In this document: positions 52,205-53,200 of the stretch, in pieces
Position numbering within the stretch: position 1 is the first letter of the stretch
Layout: every line of letters starts with the position of its first letter
DNA from: an uncultured Eubacteriales bacterium
GTDB taxonomy: Bacteria > Bacillota > Clostridia > Oscillospirales > Acutalibacteraceae
DNA length: 53,200 bases
Assembly: GCA_900316495.1 (NCBI GenBank)
Contig: ONDC01000020.1
Location: forward strand, 1-53,200
Reading direction: 5' to 3'
Translations under genes and position numbers: made by a program
The notes under the pieces: generated by a model
What the model was told of the DNA's origin: nothing
The model's input: only the letters and a program-made list of their open reading frames with translations
Databases searched by the model: none

Positions 52205-53200
52205 ATGAAGAAAGCCATGAAAACCCTGCCGCTGGCGATTGCCTTCGCGCTGCTGGCGGCATTTATTCCCCTGCTCTCCGGCGGGGGAATGACCGCGCGC
52301 GCCGACGGCGATTTTACCATCGAGAACGGCGTGCTGAAAAAGTACAACGGAAGCGGCGGCTATGTGGTAGTGCCCGACGGCGTGAAGACAATCGACGAGC
52401 GGGCGTTCTACAACAATCTGACCATCACCGGCGTCAGGCTGCCGGACAGCGTGATGCAGATCAAATCCTTCGCCTTTTACGCCTGCGCCAACCTGAAGGA
52501 GGCGACGCTGCCGTCAGATCTCAGAACCATCGGCACCAGCGCCTTCTACGAGTGCAATCTTCAGTCGCTGACGCTGCCGGGTTCTCTTACCTATGTTGAC
52601 TCCGGCGCGTTTGGCAGAAACAGAGCGCTGTCATCCGTGACGATTCCCGCAGCGCTTACCCGTCTGGAAAACGGTGCGTTTGCGGACTGCAGCTCGCTCA
52701 CCGCGTATTCCTCAGTGGACGGCGTGATGTTCTCGAAGGACGGGACAAAGCTGCTGCTTTATCCCGCCGGAAAGAGCGGCGCAAGCTACACTGTCCCCGC
52801 CGGCGTGACGGAAATCGGGGAAAAGGCCTTCTACGGGGCTGTCAATCTGGAGAGCATCAGCCTGAACAGGGTCACGACGCTCCGTTCCCACGCGTTCGCC
52901 TCTGCCCAGAAGCTGACCGGCGTGAACTCCGCGTCGGGTCTGACGACCATCGGCGGCTATGCCTTTTCGGACTGTACCGCGCTTACCTCGTTTACTGTGC
53001 CGTCGGGCGTAACCACCTTCCAGGGCGGTGTGTTCTCGGGAGCAACCGCGCTCAGAACCATTTCCGTCGCCTACGGAAATACGAAATTCAAGGTGGTGGG
53101 CAATACCCTGCTCACAGCGGACGGCACGACGCTGCTTGCCTACGCGGAGGGCGCGGAGAACACCAGCTATCAGATGCCCGATACCGTCAAAACCGTGAAA
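52205..53200 (+). CDS. Secreted BspA-type leucine-rich-repeat (LRR_5) surface protein, N-terminal part (3' end outside window)
   Basis: Not in the ORF track because no stop occurs before the window end. My own translation from the ATG at 52205 gives MKKAMKTLPLAIAFALLAAFIPLLSGGGMTARADG (signal peptide). It continues with about 23-aa repeats such as IDERAFYNNLTITGVRLPDSVMQIKSFAFYACANLKEATLPSDLRTIGTSAFYEC. 332 codons are open to position 53200. Confidence 0.8.
   Translation, partial: MKKAMKTLPLAIAFALLAAFIPLLSGGGMTARADGDFTIENGVLKKYNGSGGYVVVPDGVKTIDERAFYNNLTITGVRLPDSVMQIKSFAFYACANLKEATLPSDLRTIGTSAFYECNLQSLTLPGSLTYVDSGAFGRNRALSSVTIPAALTRLENGAFADCSSLTAYSSVDGVMFSKDGTKLLLYPAGKSGASYTVPAGVTEIGEKAFYGAVNLESISLNRVTTLRSHAFASAQKLTGVNSASGLTTIGGYAFSDCTALTSFTVPSGVTTFQGGVFSGATALRTISVAYGNTKFKVVGNTLLTADGTTLLAYAEGAENTSYQMPDTVKTVK

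Overview
Chromosomal segment from a high-GC Gram-positive anaerobe. Gene content and protein signatures suggest Clostridia, possibly Oscillospiraceae/Ruminococcaceae-like; this is inference only. I found no rRNA, tRNA, CRISPR array, transposase or integrase.

Layout:
(1) 0-11.5 kb: cell-surface glycopolymer locus. The + strand carries a TarI-like cytidylyltransferase, Wzx flippase, Wzy-like polymerase, acyltransferase-3, Glf and an SDR epimerase/reductase. A convergent 4-gene minus-strand operon encodes a transglutaminase-like protein, a DUF4358-like lipoprotein, an MBOAT and a DHHW-motif protein.
(2) 11.6-17.9 kb: trxA followed by an accessory patch. It holds simple repeats, a double GNAT, a phage-type regulatory switch (S24/LexA-like repressor, Zn-ribbon peptide, sigma-70 region-4-like protein, double-Zn-ribbon membrane protein, XRE regulator) and an Ig-repeat SGNH hydrolase.
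(3) 18-25.4 kb: EF-G paralog, lipoprotein, TagF-like/GT4 fusion, ArsC-family protein, QueH and a membrane protein.
(4) 25.7-43.6 kb: housekeeping block. It runs mutS-tatD-mutL-miaA, an unknown membrane-anchored 551-aa protein, the distal division cluster yggS-sepF-ylmH-divIVA-ileS-lspA-rluD, and a split transketolase.
(5) 43.6-47 kb: second accessory patch. It holds an inverted-repeat element, a truncated flavodoxin paralog, an NAD(P)H oxidoreductase, an intact flavodoxin, and a visibly AT-richer XRE-controlled two-gene cassette.
(6) 47-53.2 kb: proS, an SdpI-like membrane protein, a truncated rpmE remnant, a Trp T-box leader controlling a TrpB2-type enzyme, a small membrane protein and a BspA-type LRR surface protein running off the window.

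Best candidates for something undescribed:
- the orphan phage-type switch at 13.7-16.2 kb;
- the XRE plus two-gene cassette at 45.5-46.9 kb;
- the TGase/DUF4358/MBOAT/DHHW operon;
- the (TTCACAY)13 microsatellite just upstream of mutL.

All functional calls rest on reading the translated ORFs and recalling family signatures. No database search was run.
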